DNA of 33,112 bases from a virus (lineage: Duplodnaviria; Caudoviricetes): IMG/VR virus record IMGVR_UViG_3300020043_003697, positions 1 through 33,112 of that record; one strand, 5' to 3'. This document shows, in pieces, positions 6,774 through 15,049 of the stretch. The position numbers were made by a program, and so were the translations under genes. Position 1 is the first letter of the stretch; the number at the start of each line of letters is the position of its first letter. Under the pieces are notes generated by a model. That model saw nothing but the letters and a program-made list of their open reading frames with translations, was not told the DNA's origin and searched no databases.

Positions 6774-6939
6774 CAAAAAAGCTATTAAATTAATGCAAAG
6801 TTTACAAGATCAAATTAAGCATGAAAATCCGCAAGGCTGGTGCGTAATACGCGAAAATGATATAATTGATGCAATTGAATTTATTGATTTTGTAATTAAT
6901 TCAAAAGATGAAAGTAAAAAAAATGCTGCTAAAAAATAG
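6766..6939 (+). CDS. Small hypothetical protein (57 aa)
   Basis: Hand-translated MDNKKAIKLMQSLQDQIKHENPQGWCVIREND...; AAGGG SD; below the ORF-track cutoff. Confidence 0.6.
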   Translation: MDNKKAIKLMQSLQDQIKHENPQGWCVIRENDIIDAIEFIDFVINSKDESKKNAAKK

Positions 6940-6945
6940 CAGCAT
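6916..6945 (-). terminator. Intrinsic terminator at the convergence point (possibly bidirectional)
   Basis: Perfect 9-bp stem ATGCTGCTA (6923-6931) / TAGCAGCAT (6937-6945); the A-run at 6916-6922 gives a U-tail on the minus strand. Confidence 0.65.
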
Positions 6946-6949
6946 AATG

Positions 6950-7132
6950 TTATTTTGTTACTAGCAAGAAATATTCAAAAATTGCTCGACACATTGGGCG
7001 ATGGGATTTTGAGCCAATCGGCGCTTCCCAGTTTTGCCAGGTTCGCAACGGCTTAAAAACTAAAGCCGCTGCTTCGGTTTGAGTAAGAGATCCACGTGCT
7101 GCGCGAATCTCCTCTGGAGTTGGGTATTTCAT
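6950..7132 (-). CDS. Small XRE HTH regulator (HigA/antitoxin-like)
   Basis: PTPEEIRAARGSLTQTEAAALV..PLRTWQNWE is a classic XRE HTH pattern. Confidence 0.8.
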   Translation of the reverse strand: MKYPTPEEIRAARGSLTQTEAAALVFKPLRTWQNWEAPIGSKSHRPMCRAIFEYFLLVTK

Positions 7133-7177
7133 ATTATTTCTTTAAATTTGGGATATGTAGTGCAAACTGCACCATGT

Positions 7178-7441
7178 TTACAAACCCCATTTTTGAATTA
7201 ATGCTAAATCAAAATTTTTAGTGGCGGATTGTGGATCAATTTCCCACTGCCCTTTACGGGCATATTCGTTTCCCATTTCTAGCCAGGCAACTTTTACAAG
7301 TCCAATCACTTCTTCCTTGAAAATCAAAGTGCTATTAAAGCACTTGCAGTTAAGCCTTTCGGCTATAGCTTTCACTGAATAGTCCGTGCTGGATTTTTGC
7401 AGCTCCTTAATTGCTGCTTTAGTTTTTTGAATATTTGACAT
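7178..7441 (-). CDS. Hypothetical protein (87 aa), co-transcribed with the XRE gene
   Basis: ORF track; AGGAG SD; downstream of its own promoter. Confidence 0.75.
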   Translation of the reverse strand: MSNIQKTKAAIKELQKSSTDYSVKAIAERLNCKCFNSTLIFKEEVIGLVKVAWLEMGNEYARKGQWEIDPQSATKNFDLALIQKWGL

Positions 7442-7497
7442 TTTATTCTCCTAAGAATGTAATTTCGTTGCTGCGTGATTGCTGCATCGATAGAGTC

Positions 7498-7526
7498 ATT
7501 ATGCACCAGTTGAGTGTATGTGTAAA
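7498..7526 (-). promoter_or_regulatory. Sigma70-type promoter for the reverse two-gene cassette
   Basis: Minus strand TTTACA (7521-7526), 17-nt spacer, CATAAT (7498-7503); imperfect inverted repeat TGCAC..GTGTA at 7502-7518, mostly within the spacer. Confidence 0.65.
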
Positions 7527-7558
7527 GAATTTTGTGAGATTTTTTTATTTTGTTGTTT

Positions 7559-7615
7559 TTGAGTGATTGATTGAATTGATTGAGTGATTGATGCAAGTTA
7601 GTAGGCGCTCACTCA
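7559..7615. repeat. Short direct and inverted repeats upstream of terS
   Basis: TTGAGTGATTGAT at 7559-7571 and 7580-7592; the TGAGTGA core is inverted as TCACTCA at 7609-7615. Confidence 0.6.
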
Positions 7616-7636
7616 TCATTCCGCACGCGTCAATAA

Positions 7637-7781
7637 TGTGATCTACATCACAATTTCTGTAATTTATGTGTAATTTATGTGTGATTTATGTGATGTACGT
7701 CACAATTTTGTGTGTTAGTTAGGATTTGATCGATATTGTAGTGTTGCGCCATGTGATACTATAAATGTGATGGTCATCACA
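7637..7781. promoter_or_regulatory. Three TGTGA-N6-TCACA (CRP-type) boxes and three 11-bp tandem repeats
   Basis: Boxes at 7637-7652, 7689-7704 and 7766-7781; TGT(A/G)ATTTATG x3 at 7658-7690; extended -10 TGaTACTAT at 7754-7762. Confidence 0.75.
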
Positions 7782-7796
7782 AAAATAAGGTAAACA

Positions 7797-8231
7797 ATGG
7801 CTAAAACACAATTCGAGATGCTTGACGGGATCGGCATCGACGCTATATGCGCACGCATCGCTGACACTGAGTCGCAGCGCTCTATCGCTAAGAGCCTGTC
7901 AATTGATATCGCTACGCTTGTACGATGGCTGCAAAGCGACGCTGAAAAGATACTTAAAGCGCAAGCAGCGCGAGAGCAGAGCGCATATATATGTGATGAG
8001 CTTGCACTAGCAGCACTCTATGACATAGATGATGATGCTACTCAAGCTGCTGTGACTAGACAGAGAGAAATCGCGTCGCATCAGCGCTGGAGAGCTAAGA
8101 CGCGCAACAAATCTTTTAGTGATCGCGTACAGACTGAAAGCACAGTCGATATGCGAGTCAAGTCTGCTGTCGATCTATCAGATGATGAGCTTGCAGCGAT
8201 CATCGCAAACGCGACTATAAAGATACCATGA
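7797..8231 (+). CDS. terS: Terminase small subunit
   Basis: N-terminal HTH IDAICARIADTESQRSIAKSL (Sf6/P22-like); directly upstream of terL; AAGGT SD. Confidence 0.85.
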   Translation: MAKTQFEMLDGIGIDAICARIADTESQRSIAKSLSIDIATLVRWLQSDAEKILKAQAAREQSAYICDELALAALYDIDDDATQAAVTRQREIASHQRWRAKTRNKSFSDRVQTESTVDMRVKSAVDLSDDELAAIIANATIKIP

Positions 8232-9631
8232 CTTATATAGATCCGAGCGCTGCTGCTAGTGAGCTACTAAGACGACGTAGAGCGCGTGAGTCTTTGATCG
8301 AGTACACTCTATATACGAACGCATCTTATAAAGCAGCAAAGCATCATCATAAAATAGCAAACGCACTGGAGCGAGTCATGCGCGGTGAGTGCAAGCGACT
8401 CATTATATGTATGCCGCCGCGACACGGGAAAAGTGAGCTTGCATCGCGTCGCTTCCCTTCTTTTTATCTTGCCAAAAACCCAACTAAGCAAATTATTGCA
8501 GCGTCATACAATAGCGATCTTGCAAGTGACTTTGGGCGTGAAGTAAGAAATATTGTTGCAAGTCAAGAGTATCATCAGCTTTTTGATGTCGAGCTATCTG
8601 CAGACAGTAAAGCAGCGAACAGGTGGCACACTAGCGAGGGCGGAATGTATGTCGCCGCTGGTGTGGGAACAGCTATAACAGGTCGAGGCGCAGATATCTT
8701 GCTAATTGACGATCCATTTAAAGACAGGCAAGAGGCTGACAGCGAGATAACTCGTCAACGTGTGTGGGACTGGTACACGAGCACAGCATACACGCGCTTA
8801 ATGCCAGGCGGAGCAGTTATTGTCATTAACACGCGCTGGCATGATGACGATTTGACAGGACGACTACTAGCAGAGCAAGAAAATGGCGGAGATGCGTGGG
8901 AAGTGCTTTCTATGCCCGCGATTGATGACGTTGGCAGGCCATTGTGGCCAGAATGGTATCCCATTGAGCGACTGGAGCAAATAAAAGGTGTCTTGCCTGC
9001 TCGCGATTGGAATTCGCTATATCAGCAAAATCCTATTCCTGATGACGGCGACTACTTTAAATCGGACTGGATCGTGGAGTACGACGATCTACCAGCAGAT
9101 TTGCATTACTACGCGGCAAGTGACTACGCTGTAACTGATGGCGGTGGAGACTATACAGAACACGGAATTTTTGGCGTTGACGCGCATTCAAATTTATACG
9201 TAGTTGACTGGTGGTATGGCCAAACTGCTGCAGATGAATGGATCGATGCTAAATGCGACTTGATACGCAAATACTCGCCAAAAATGTGGTTTGGTGAGTC
9301 AGGCGTAATCAGGCGCAGCATTGAACCGTTCATGCTTAAGCGTATGTCAGAGCGTGGCGCATACTGCGTAATTGAATGGCTGTCTAGCATATCAGACAAG
9401 ACTACAAGAGCAAGAGGCATACAAGCCAGGGCAAGCATGGGAAAAGTTTTTTTTCCAAAAAATGCATTATGGAAAGAACGTGTTGTTACTCAATTGCTAA
9501 GGTTTCCAGCGGGTAAGTATGATGATGCAGTTGACGTGCTGAGTCTTATCGGGCGTGGACTTGATCGAATCAAAGATGCAAAGCCAAAGCGTGAAAGAAC
9601 TGTAAGAGTAAGCAGCGGCTGGATGGGTTAA
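8228..9631 (+). CDS. terL: Terminase large subunit
   Basis: Walker A MPPRHGKS, Walker B LLIDDP, TRWHDDD, LYQQNP, and C-terminal nuclease motif FPAGKYDDAVD. Confidence 0.95.
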   Translation: MTYIDPSAAASELLRRRRARESLIEYTLYTNASYKAAKHHHKIANALERVMRGECKRLIICMPPRHGKSELASRRFPSFYLAKNPTKQIIAASYNSDLASDFGREVRNIVASQEYHQLFDVELSADSKAANRWHTSEGGMYVAAGVGTAITGRGADILLIDDPFKDRQEADSEITRQRVWDWYTSTAYTRLMPGGAVIVINTRWHDDDLTGRLLAEQENGGDAWEVLSMPAIDDVGRPLWPEWYPIERLEQIKGVLPARDWNSLYQQNPIPDDGDYFKSDWIVEYDDLPADLHYYAASDYAVTDGGGDYTEHGIFGVDAHSNLYVVDWWYGQTAADEWIDAKCDLIRKYSPKMWFGESGVIRRSIEPFMLKRMSERGAYCVIEWLSSISDKTTRARGIQARASMGKVFFPKNALWKERVVTQLLRFPAGKYDDAVDVLSLIGRGLDRIKDAKPKRERTVRVSSGWMG

Positions 9632-9689
9632 TATTGTAATTGTAAGAAATTTATGTTAAAAGATGCACACTTAACTGACGAGCAAGCAA

Positions 9690-12059
9690 ATGATCAACGA
9701 TAAAAATTCAATGCTTAATAATAAAAATTATCTTGATGATGAGATGGATGATGCTGAAGATAAAAAAGAGCCCGAGGGTAAAGATGAAGATGAAGCTGCG
9801 GAGTGGATAGAAGTACATAAGCAAGCGCTAAAAGACTTTAAGCTGTGCGTTGATGCAGAGGCTGATAATCGCAACGAATCTCTCGACGATCTAAAGTTTG
9901 CAAGGCTTGGCGAGCAATGGCCTGATGATGTCATACAAAAGCGCAAATTAGAGGGTCGTCCGTGTATGACGTACAACAGAATGCCGACCTTTATCCGTAA
10001 GGTCGTCAATGATGGTCGTCAAAACAAGCCGTCTATTAAGGTTCATCCGTGTGACGACTCAGCTGATACTCAAACTGCGGAAGTAATCAATGGCATTATT
10101 CGCAACATTGAAAATTCATCTAATAGCGAAGTGGCATACGACACAGCTTTAGACTTTGCTGCATCGTGCGGCATTGGATATTTACGTGTTGACGTTCAAT
10201 ACTCGCATGATGATGCTTTCGACCTTGATATTTTTATCGAGAGAATTAGTAATCCTTTTACAATATATGGTGATTACAATGCAACATCGGCAGATTCGTC
10301 GGATTGGAATATTGCTTTTGTTGTAGATGCTATCGAAGAAAAAGAATATAAAAAGCGATACGGAGACAAAGCAAAAGTTAGCTTTGATAGTGACGCTTAT
10401 ATCGGCATGCCAGATGAGTGGCGAGATGGCGATAAGGTTATAGTCGCTGAATATTGGGTGCGAAAAGAAACAGAAAACGAGATTGCAAAGCTATCTGATG
10501 GTCGAATTGTCGATGTCGAATGGCTAAACGCCGAAGTAGACGGTTTAAAAGGTACAACAAATAAAGATGCTCTTGCTCAATACAATGTGAGAGTTATATC
10601 TACTCGCAAAGCAAAATCGTATAAAGTCTGCCAATACATCATGTCAGGCGCAGAGATTCTCGAAGAAAACGACTGGGTTGGAAAGTATATTCCAATTATT
10701 CCCGTTTATGGCGAAGAACTTAACATTGAAGGCAAGCGTCATTTTAGATCGCTAATCCGCGATGCTAAAGATGCGCAGAGGAATTTTAATTACTGGCGCA
10801 CAACTACTACTGAGATGGTTGCGCTTGCTCCAAAAGCCCCGTTTATTGGTGCTGTGGGGCAATTTGATACTGACGCTGACAAATGGGCTGCTGCTAACGC
10901 AGAAAACGCGGCGTATATTGAATACGATATTGTGCCAGGCGCCCCTCCACCGATGCGACAAGGCTTCGCTGGTGTACCTGCTGGCGCTTTGCAAGAAGCC
11001 TTAAACGCTGCTGATGATATGAAGTCTATTATCGGTATATATGACGCATCGCTAGGCGCTCGTAGTAACGAGACATCTGGACGTGCAATTAATGCAAGAC
11101 GTGCAGAATCTGAAGTATCAACATATCATTTCATTGATAATCAGGCACGAGCGATAAAGCATACTGGTCGAATTATTCTTGATCTTATTCCGCACATTTA
11201 CAATAAGGCTCGGATCGTTCGTGTCATGGGCGAAGATAAAAAAACCCAAACAGTGCCAGTTAATCAACCGCAGCAGCAAATGGATGGCACATCTCAAGTT
11301 TATGATCTAACTGTAGGTAAATATGACCTTACCGTTAATGTTGGCCTTGGATTCCAGACCAAACGGGAGGAGGCTGCCTACGGAATGACAGAGCTTGTAC
11401 GTTCATATCCAATGGCTGCCCCTATTATTGCCCCGCATTTGGCTGAGGCGCAGGATTGGCCAGGCGCTGATAAGATAGCCGAAGAACTAAGAATGTTGTC
11501 CCCACAGGCGCAACAAGGCAATCCGCAGGTGCAACAAGCCGAGCAAGCAATACAGCAACTGCAAGCGCAATTACAACAAGCGCAGCAAATAATACAATCA
11601 ATGCAAACTGATAAGAGCCTAGAGGCGCAAAAGTTGGAAATTGATAAGTTTAATGCGGAAACAAATCGATTAAAAACGCAAAAAGAAATACAGCCGCAAA
11701 TGATGGATGCTCAGGGTGATAATGTGGACGAACGGGAAAAAATTGCTCTTGAAACAGAATCAAAAGTTATCATTGAAAAAGTTAAACAAGAAGGGCAAAA
11801 GGAATTAGAATTGCTTAAACAAAAAGCTGAGATTGCAAAAGCTAACACTAATCAGCTATTGACTGTAGATGAAAACCTAAACTTAGTGCCTAGTGATGTA
11901 GTATTGGAGATTAAGCAAGTAATTGATGCTCTTGGCAATGAAATGCAAAACGTTAAAAAACGCGCATCTGCTAAACGTATGCTAATCAGAGATGAAAATG
12001 GCAGACCTTCAGGGTCAATTATTGTAGATGAATTTAATAACCCTATAGGGGAGGATTAA
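9690..12059 (+). CDS. P22-like portal protein with a Gln-rich coiled-coil C-terminus
   Basis: 789 aa after terL; motifs DLKFARLGEQW, RPCMTYNRM, YIPIIPVYG, RDAKDAQRNFNYW, NETSGRAI and GKYDLTV...TKREE. Confidence 0.9.
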   Translation: MINDKNSMLNNKNYLDDEMDDAEDKKEPEGKDEDEAAEWIEVHKQALKDFKLCVDAEADNRNESLDDLKFARLGEQWPDDVIQKRKLEGRPCMTYNRMPTFIRKVVNDGRQNKPSIKVHPCDDSADTQTAEVINGIIRNIENSSNSEVAYDTALDFAASCGIGYLRVDVQYSHDDAFDLDIFIERISNPFTIYGDYNATSADSSDWNIAFVVDAIEEKEYKKRYGDKAKVSFDSDAYIGMPDEWRDGDKVIVAEYWVRKETENEIAKLSDGRIVDVEWLNAEVDGLKGTTNKDALAQYNVRVISTRKAKSYKVCQYIMSGAEILEENDWVGKYIPIIPVYGEELNIEGKRHFRSLIRDAKDAQRNFNYWRTTTTEMVALAPKAPFIGAVGQFDTDADKWAAANAENAAYIEYDIVPGAPPPMRQGFAGVPAGALQEALNAADDMKSIIGIYDASLGARSNETSGRAINARRAESEVSTYHFIDNQARAIKHTGRIILDLIPHIYNKARIVRVMGEDKKTQTVPVNQPQQQMDGTSQVYDLTVGKYDLTVNVGLGFQTKREEAAYGMTELVRSYPMAAPIIAPHLAEAQDWPGADKIAEELRMLSPQAQQGNPQVQQAEQAIQQLQAQLQQAQQIIQSMQTDKSLEAQKLEIDKFNAETNRLKTQKEIQPQMMDAQGDNVDEREKIALETESKVIIEKVKQEGQKELELLKQKAEIAKANTNQLLTVDENLNLVPSDVVLEIKQVIDALGNEMQNVKKRASAKRMLIRDENGRPSGSIIVDEFNNPIGED

Positions 12060-12060
12060 T

Positions 12061-12456
12061 ATGGCTTTGGCTTATGATGTATCAATTAGAAATGCGATGC
12101 TTGACGCAATTACTACTCGCGCTGGATCATCTGCATTACTGAGAATTTATGACGGTTCACGTCCCGCTACAGGCGGAACTGCAACTACAAAGCTAGCAGA
12201 GTTGACGTGTAATGCAACATTTGCACCATCTGCAACTGGTGGCGTTCTAACATTAAATAGTATTACGCAGGATGCAAGCGCAGATGCGACAGGCACAGCA
12301 ACATGGTTCAGGATCGTAAAAAGTGATGGAACTACTTTTGTGTTAGATGGTAGTGTTGGCACATCTGGAAGTGATTTAAACCTAACTACAACAAGCATTG
12401 TTGCTACACAGCCAGTAAGCATTACTTCCTTCGTAATTACCGAAGGTAACGCGTAA
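12061..12456 (+). CDS. Putative virion structural protein (131 aa)
   Basis: Thr/Ala/Gly-rich (LRIYDGSRP...ADATGTATWFRI...DGSVGTSGSDL); strong GGAGG SD. Confidence 0.7.
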   Translation: MALAYDVSIRNAMLDAITTRAGSSALLRIYDGSRPATGGTATTKLAELTCNATFAPSATGGVLTLNSITQDASADATGTATWFRIVKSDGTTFVLDGSVGTSGSDLNLTTTSIVATQPVSITSFVITEGNA

Positions 12457-12812
12457 TGATTGAATATAAAACCCACGATAATGGGCCAATCACATCAATT
12501 CATGTTGAGGTTGGCGCAGTTATTGTTACAATGACATTTAACAGCTTGCTTGAGTTTACACCCATGCACTCTCACGCGTTTGATCATTGGATGGAGTGTG
12601 TAAAAGGTGCTGCTGTAATATCAATTGACGGAATAGATACTGTTGTTCGTGCTGGTGATAAGTATTTAGTTGAAGCGCACAAAGAGCATAGCGCAAAACC
12701 CTTAGAATCTTTTACTGTGTTACGTTGCGTACATGAAAATAGCGAGGTAGACCCGTCAAAATGCGAAGAAGGGATACCTTTAGAGTGGGTTAATAGACTG
12801 ACGGTGCATTAA
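12456..12812 (+). CDS. Cupin-domain protein
   Basis: Two-motif cupin pattern HSHAFDH...G and GDKYLVEAHKEH. Confidence 0.75.
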   Translation: MIEYKTHDNGPITSIHVEVGAVIVTMTFNSLLEFTPMHSHAFDHWMECVKGAAVISIDGIDTVVRAGDKYLVEAHKEHSAKPLESFTVLRCVHENSEVDPSKCEEGIPLEWVNRLTVH

Positions 12813-13792
12813 TGAGAGCTGATTATCTTGAAATGTCGGTAACGTCAATTGCTGGAACTAATGGCAATGGCGCGGTAACAATGTCTAGGATTACAAATAC
12901 GCCAACGTTTGATGAATCTTTTAACACATCATCGCTGACTAGAACGGTCGAATATGTAATTGAGGACACATCAAGGCTATGCTTTGAGCGTGGAATAGGC
13001 ACTGTAACTGGTAATGTTCTAACTCGTGGCAGTCCTAAAACTACGTGGGACCAAACCACTTTAAATCAAAACAACCCAACGGCATTTGCATTTTTAGCCT
13101 CTGGATCGGTTGGGAATATCAAAGTTAGATGCTCGCCAACTATGGCAAGTGCAGCAGCCACTTTCCCTGGCGTGATGCAAGGATCGTCGCCTGTCAATAT
13201 CAATTTAGGTCATATTACAACATCGCATATTGTTACAAACGCAATTCAAGTCGGCACTGTTGTGGTTACTGGAACTGAATATTACTTGCCCTATCTTTGG
13301 GAAGGTAACGGAGCAATTACATCATTAGGCGTTTGGCTAACTACTGCGCAAACTGGGGCTGCAATTAAAGTTGGCATATACGAATGTGGTTCTGATGGAA
13401 CCCCAAGTAATTGTATTACTCATTGCAATTCAAGCCCTATTTCGTTAGCTGCCGGTTCTGGAACATTAATAACAAGCGCAATTACAACGGCCAATGGTTG
13501 GTCAGTGGAGTCGCCAAACCTTGCGCCCGGTTGGTATTATATTGGGTTTGTAGCAACAGCAACTACCACTTTTCCTAGTATCGGACATCACGCAATTTCA
13601 AGTCCTATGCGTATGTCACCTGTCGGATGGGGCTCAAATTATGGAACTAATCAGTTGCTTACTGCAACGGCAAGTGTTAGTTACGCAACAGGGATGCCTA
13701 CTGGTGCGCCAAGCCGTACCTTTATTATTACGCAAGGCAATACATCGACAAGCGGTAGACATTATTGGTTTGGACTAAAGCCAAGGATATAA
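12812..13792 (+). CDS. Putative fibre/appendage structural protein (326 aa)
   Basis: T/S/G-rich beta-type composition; followed by a DUF4376-like gene. Confidence 0.6.
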   Translation: MRADYLEMSVTSIAGTNGNGAVTMSRITNTPTFDESFNTSSLTRTVEYVIEDTSRLCFERGIGTVTGNVLTRGSPKTTWDQTTLNQNNPTAFAFLASGSVGNIKVRCSPTMASAAATFPGVMQGSSPVNINLGHITTSHIVTNAIQVGTVVVTGTEYYLPYLWEGNGAITSLGVWLTTAQTGAAIKVGIYECGSDGTPSNCITHCNSSPISLAAGSGTLITSAITTANGWSVESPNLAPGWYYIGFVATATTTFPSIGHHAISSPMRMSPVGWGSNYGTNQLLTATASVSYATGMPTGAPSRTFIITQGNTSTSGRHYWFGLKPRI

Positions 13793-13793
13793 C

Positions 13794-14285
13794 ATGCAAC
13801 CAGTTTTAAACTATATTGATAAAGGCGCAGGAATGGCTCGCGCTATTCGCGCAGCGGGTTACGTAATAGCAATCATGGACGGGGTAGCTATGTGTGATAA
13901 CCCTATTGCTGTACAAGAAATTATTGATAATTTTGACCCGCTGCCTGCCGCACAAGCGGATAAATGGGAAGAAATAAAAGCGGAACGCGATAAGCGACAA
14001 CTTTTGCCTATTACTGTTAACGGAAAACAATTTCATAGCGATCAAAATTCGCGCATTCAACAATTGGGCTTGGTATTTATGGGGCAAAATATCCCACCTA
14101 ATTTACAGTGGAAAACAATAGATGATACATTTGTCACTATGACACCAACATTAGCATTGGAAATATTTGCTACTACAGCATCGCACGATCAAGCCGTATT
14201 TGCTGCTGCTGAACAGCATCGATTGTCAATGCTGGCATCAAACGATCCTATTAATTACGATTTTTCTAGCGGTTGGCCTGCATGA
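13794..14285 (+). CDS. DUF4376-like fibre-associated protein
   Basis: KWEEIKAERDKR...FHSDQNSRIQ...WKTIDDTFVTMT...YDFSSGWP pattern. Confidence 0.75.
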   Translation: MQPVLNYIDKGAGMARAIRAAGYVIAIMDGVAMCDNPIAVQEIIDNFDPLPAAQADKWEEIKAERDKRQLLPITVNGKQFHSDQNSRIQQLGLVFMGQNIPPNLQWKTIDDTFVTMTPTLALEIFATTASHDQAVFAAAEQHRLSMLASNDPINYDFSSGWPA

Positions 14286-15019
14286 CATACGGTAAGAGTC
14301 CTTATGCTAAGGTTCCTTACGTAAAAACAGCGGCTTTTGCTGCGTCTGGTGCATCTGGATCATTGGCAAAGACAAATAACAATGATTCTATATCCGCAAG
14401 TGGCACAACAACAAATGTTGGTAGTCTTGCGTACACGAATCAAAATGATACTGTTGCTGCTAGTGGGGCAAATGGGCTTAATAACGTAGGCTCATTATCT
14501 ACTGTAAATGCAAATGACAGTATAAGTGCAAGTGGTACAACTACAGTCTTAGGCAGTGCAAACCACTTAAATAATAATGACAGTGTTAGCAGCATAGGAT
14601 TTTCCGGTGTAATTACTGGCAGTGTTGCGTATGTTAATCAAAATGATATAGCTCAAGCCATTGGCATTGGCTCTACAGTTACTGGTGGTGGTGGTTATGG
14701 TTACGGTTATGGTTACGTAAAGAGAAAAACAACTGTAAAAGAGGATAGGGAAAAATTAGGAATAATCCCTAAGTCTGTAAGAAAGATTATTAAAAAGGTA
14801 GCAGAAGAAAATACTACTTTTGAAAAAGAAGAAGAAGCCTTAGCAGAACTAAAGACTATTTTATCAAGTAAGAAAATTGATGTTAAAAAATCTTATGAGG
14901 ACGAGCTAAAGAATCAAATTGAACGTTCTATCAATTTGGAAATTTATAAGTTATTAAAAATTCAGAAAGAAAGAAACGATCAAGATGAGGAGGAGGCCGC
15001 ATTTTGGCTTTTAATGTAA
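14282..15019 (+). CDS. Repeat-containing putative virion protein (245 aa)
   Basis: Five ~22-aa GSLxxxNxND repeats, a GGGGYGYGYGY linker and a charged C-terminus ending DEEEAAFWLLM; ATGA overlap with the upstream gene. Confidence 0.7.
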   Translation: MTYGKSPYAKVPYVKTAAFAASGASGSLAKTNNNDSISASGTTTNVGSLAYTNQNDTVAASGANGLNNVGSLSTVNANDSISASGTTTVLGSANHLNNNDSVSSIGFSGVITGSVAYVNQNDIAQAIGIGSTVTGGGGYGYGYGYVKRKTTVKEDREKLGIIPKSVRKIIKKVAEENTTFEKEEEALAELKTILSSKKIDVKKSYEDELKNQIERSINLEIYKLLKIQKERNDQDEEEAAFWLLM

Positions 15020-15049
15020 CCACGTCAACAACCATAAAGGATTGACAAA

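Noticed and set aside
7372-7596. 74-aa minus-strand ORF
   Set aside because: It spans the promoter and repeats and overlaps the better-supported 7178-7441 gene.
9634-9662. Possible internal promoter before the portal gene
   Set aside because: TTGTAA is present but the -10 is weak in AT-rich sequence; not supportable.
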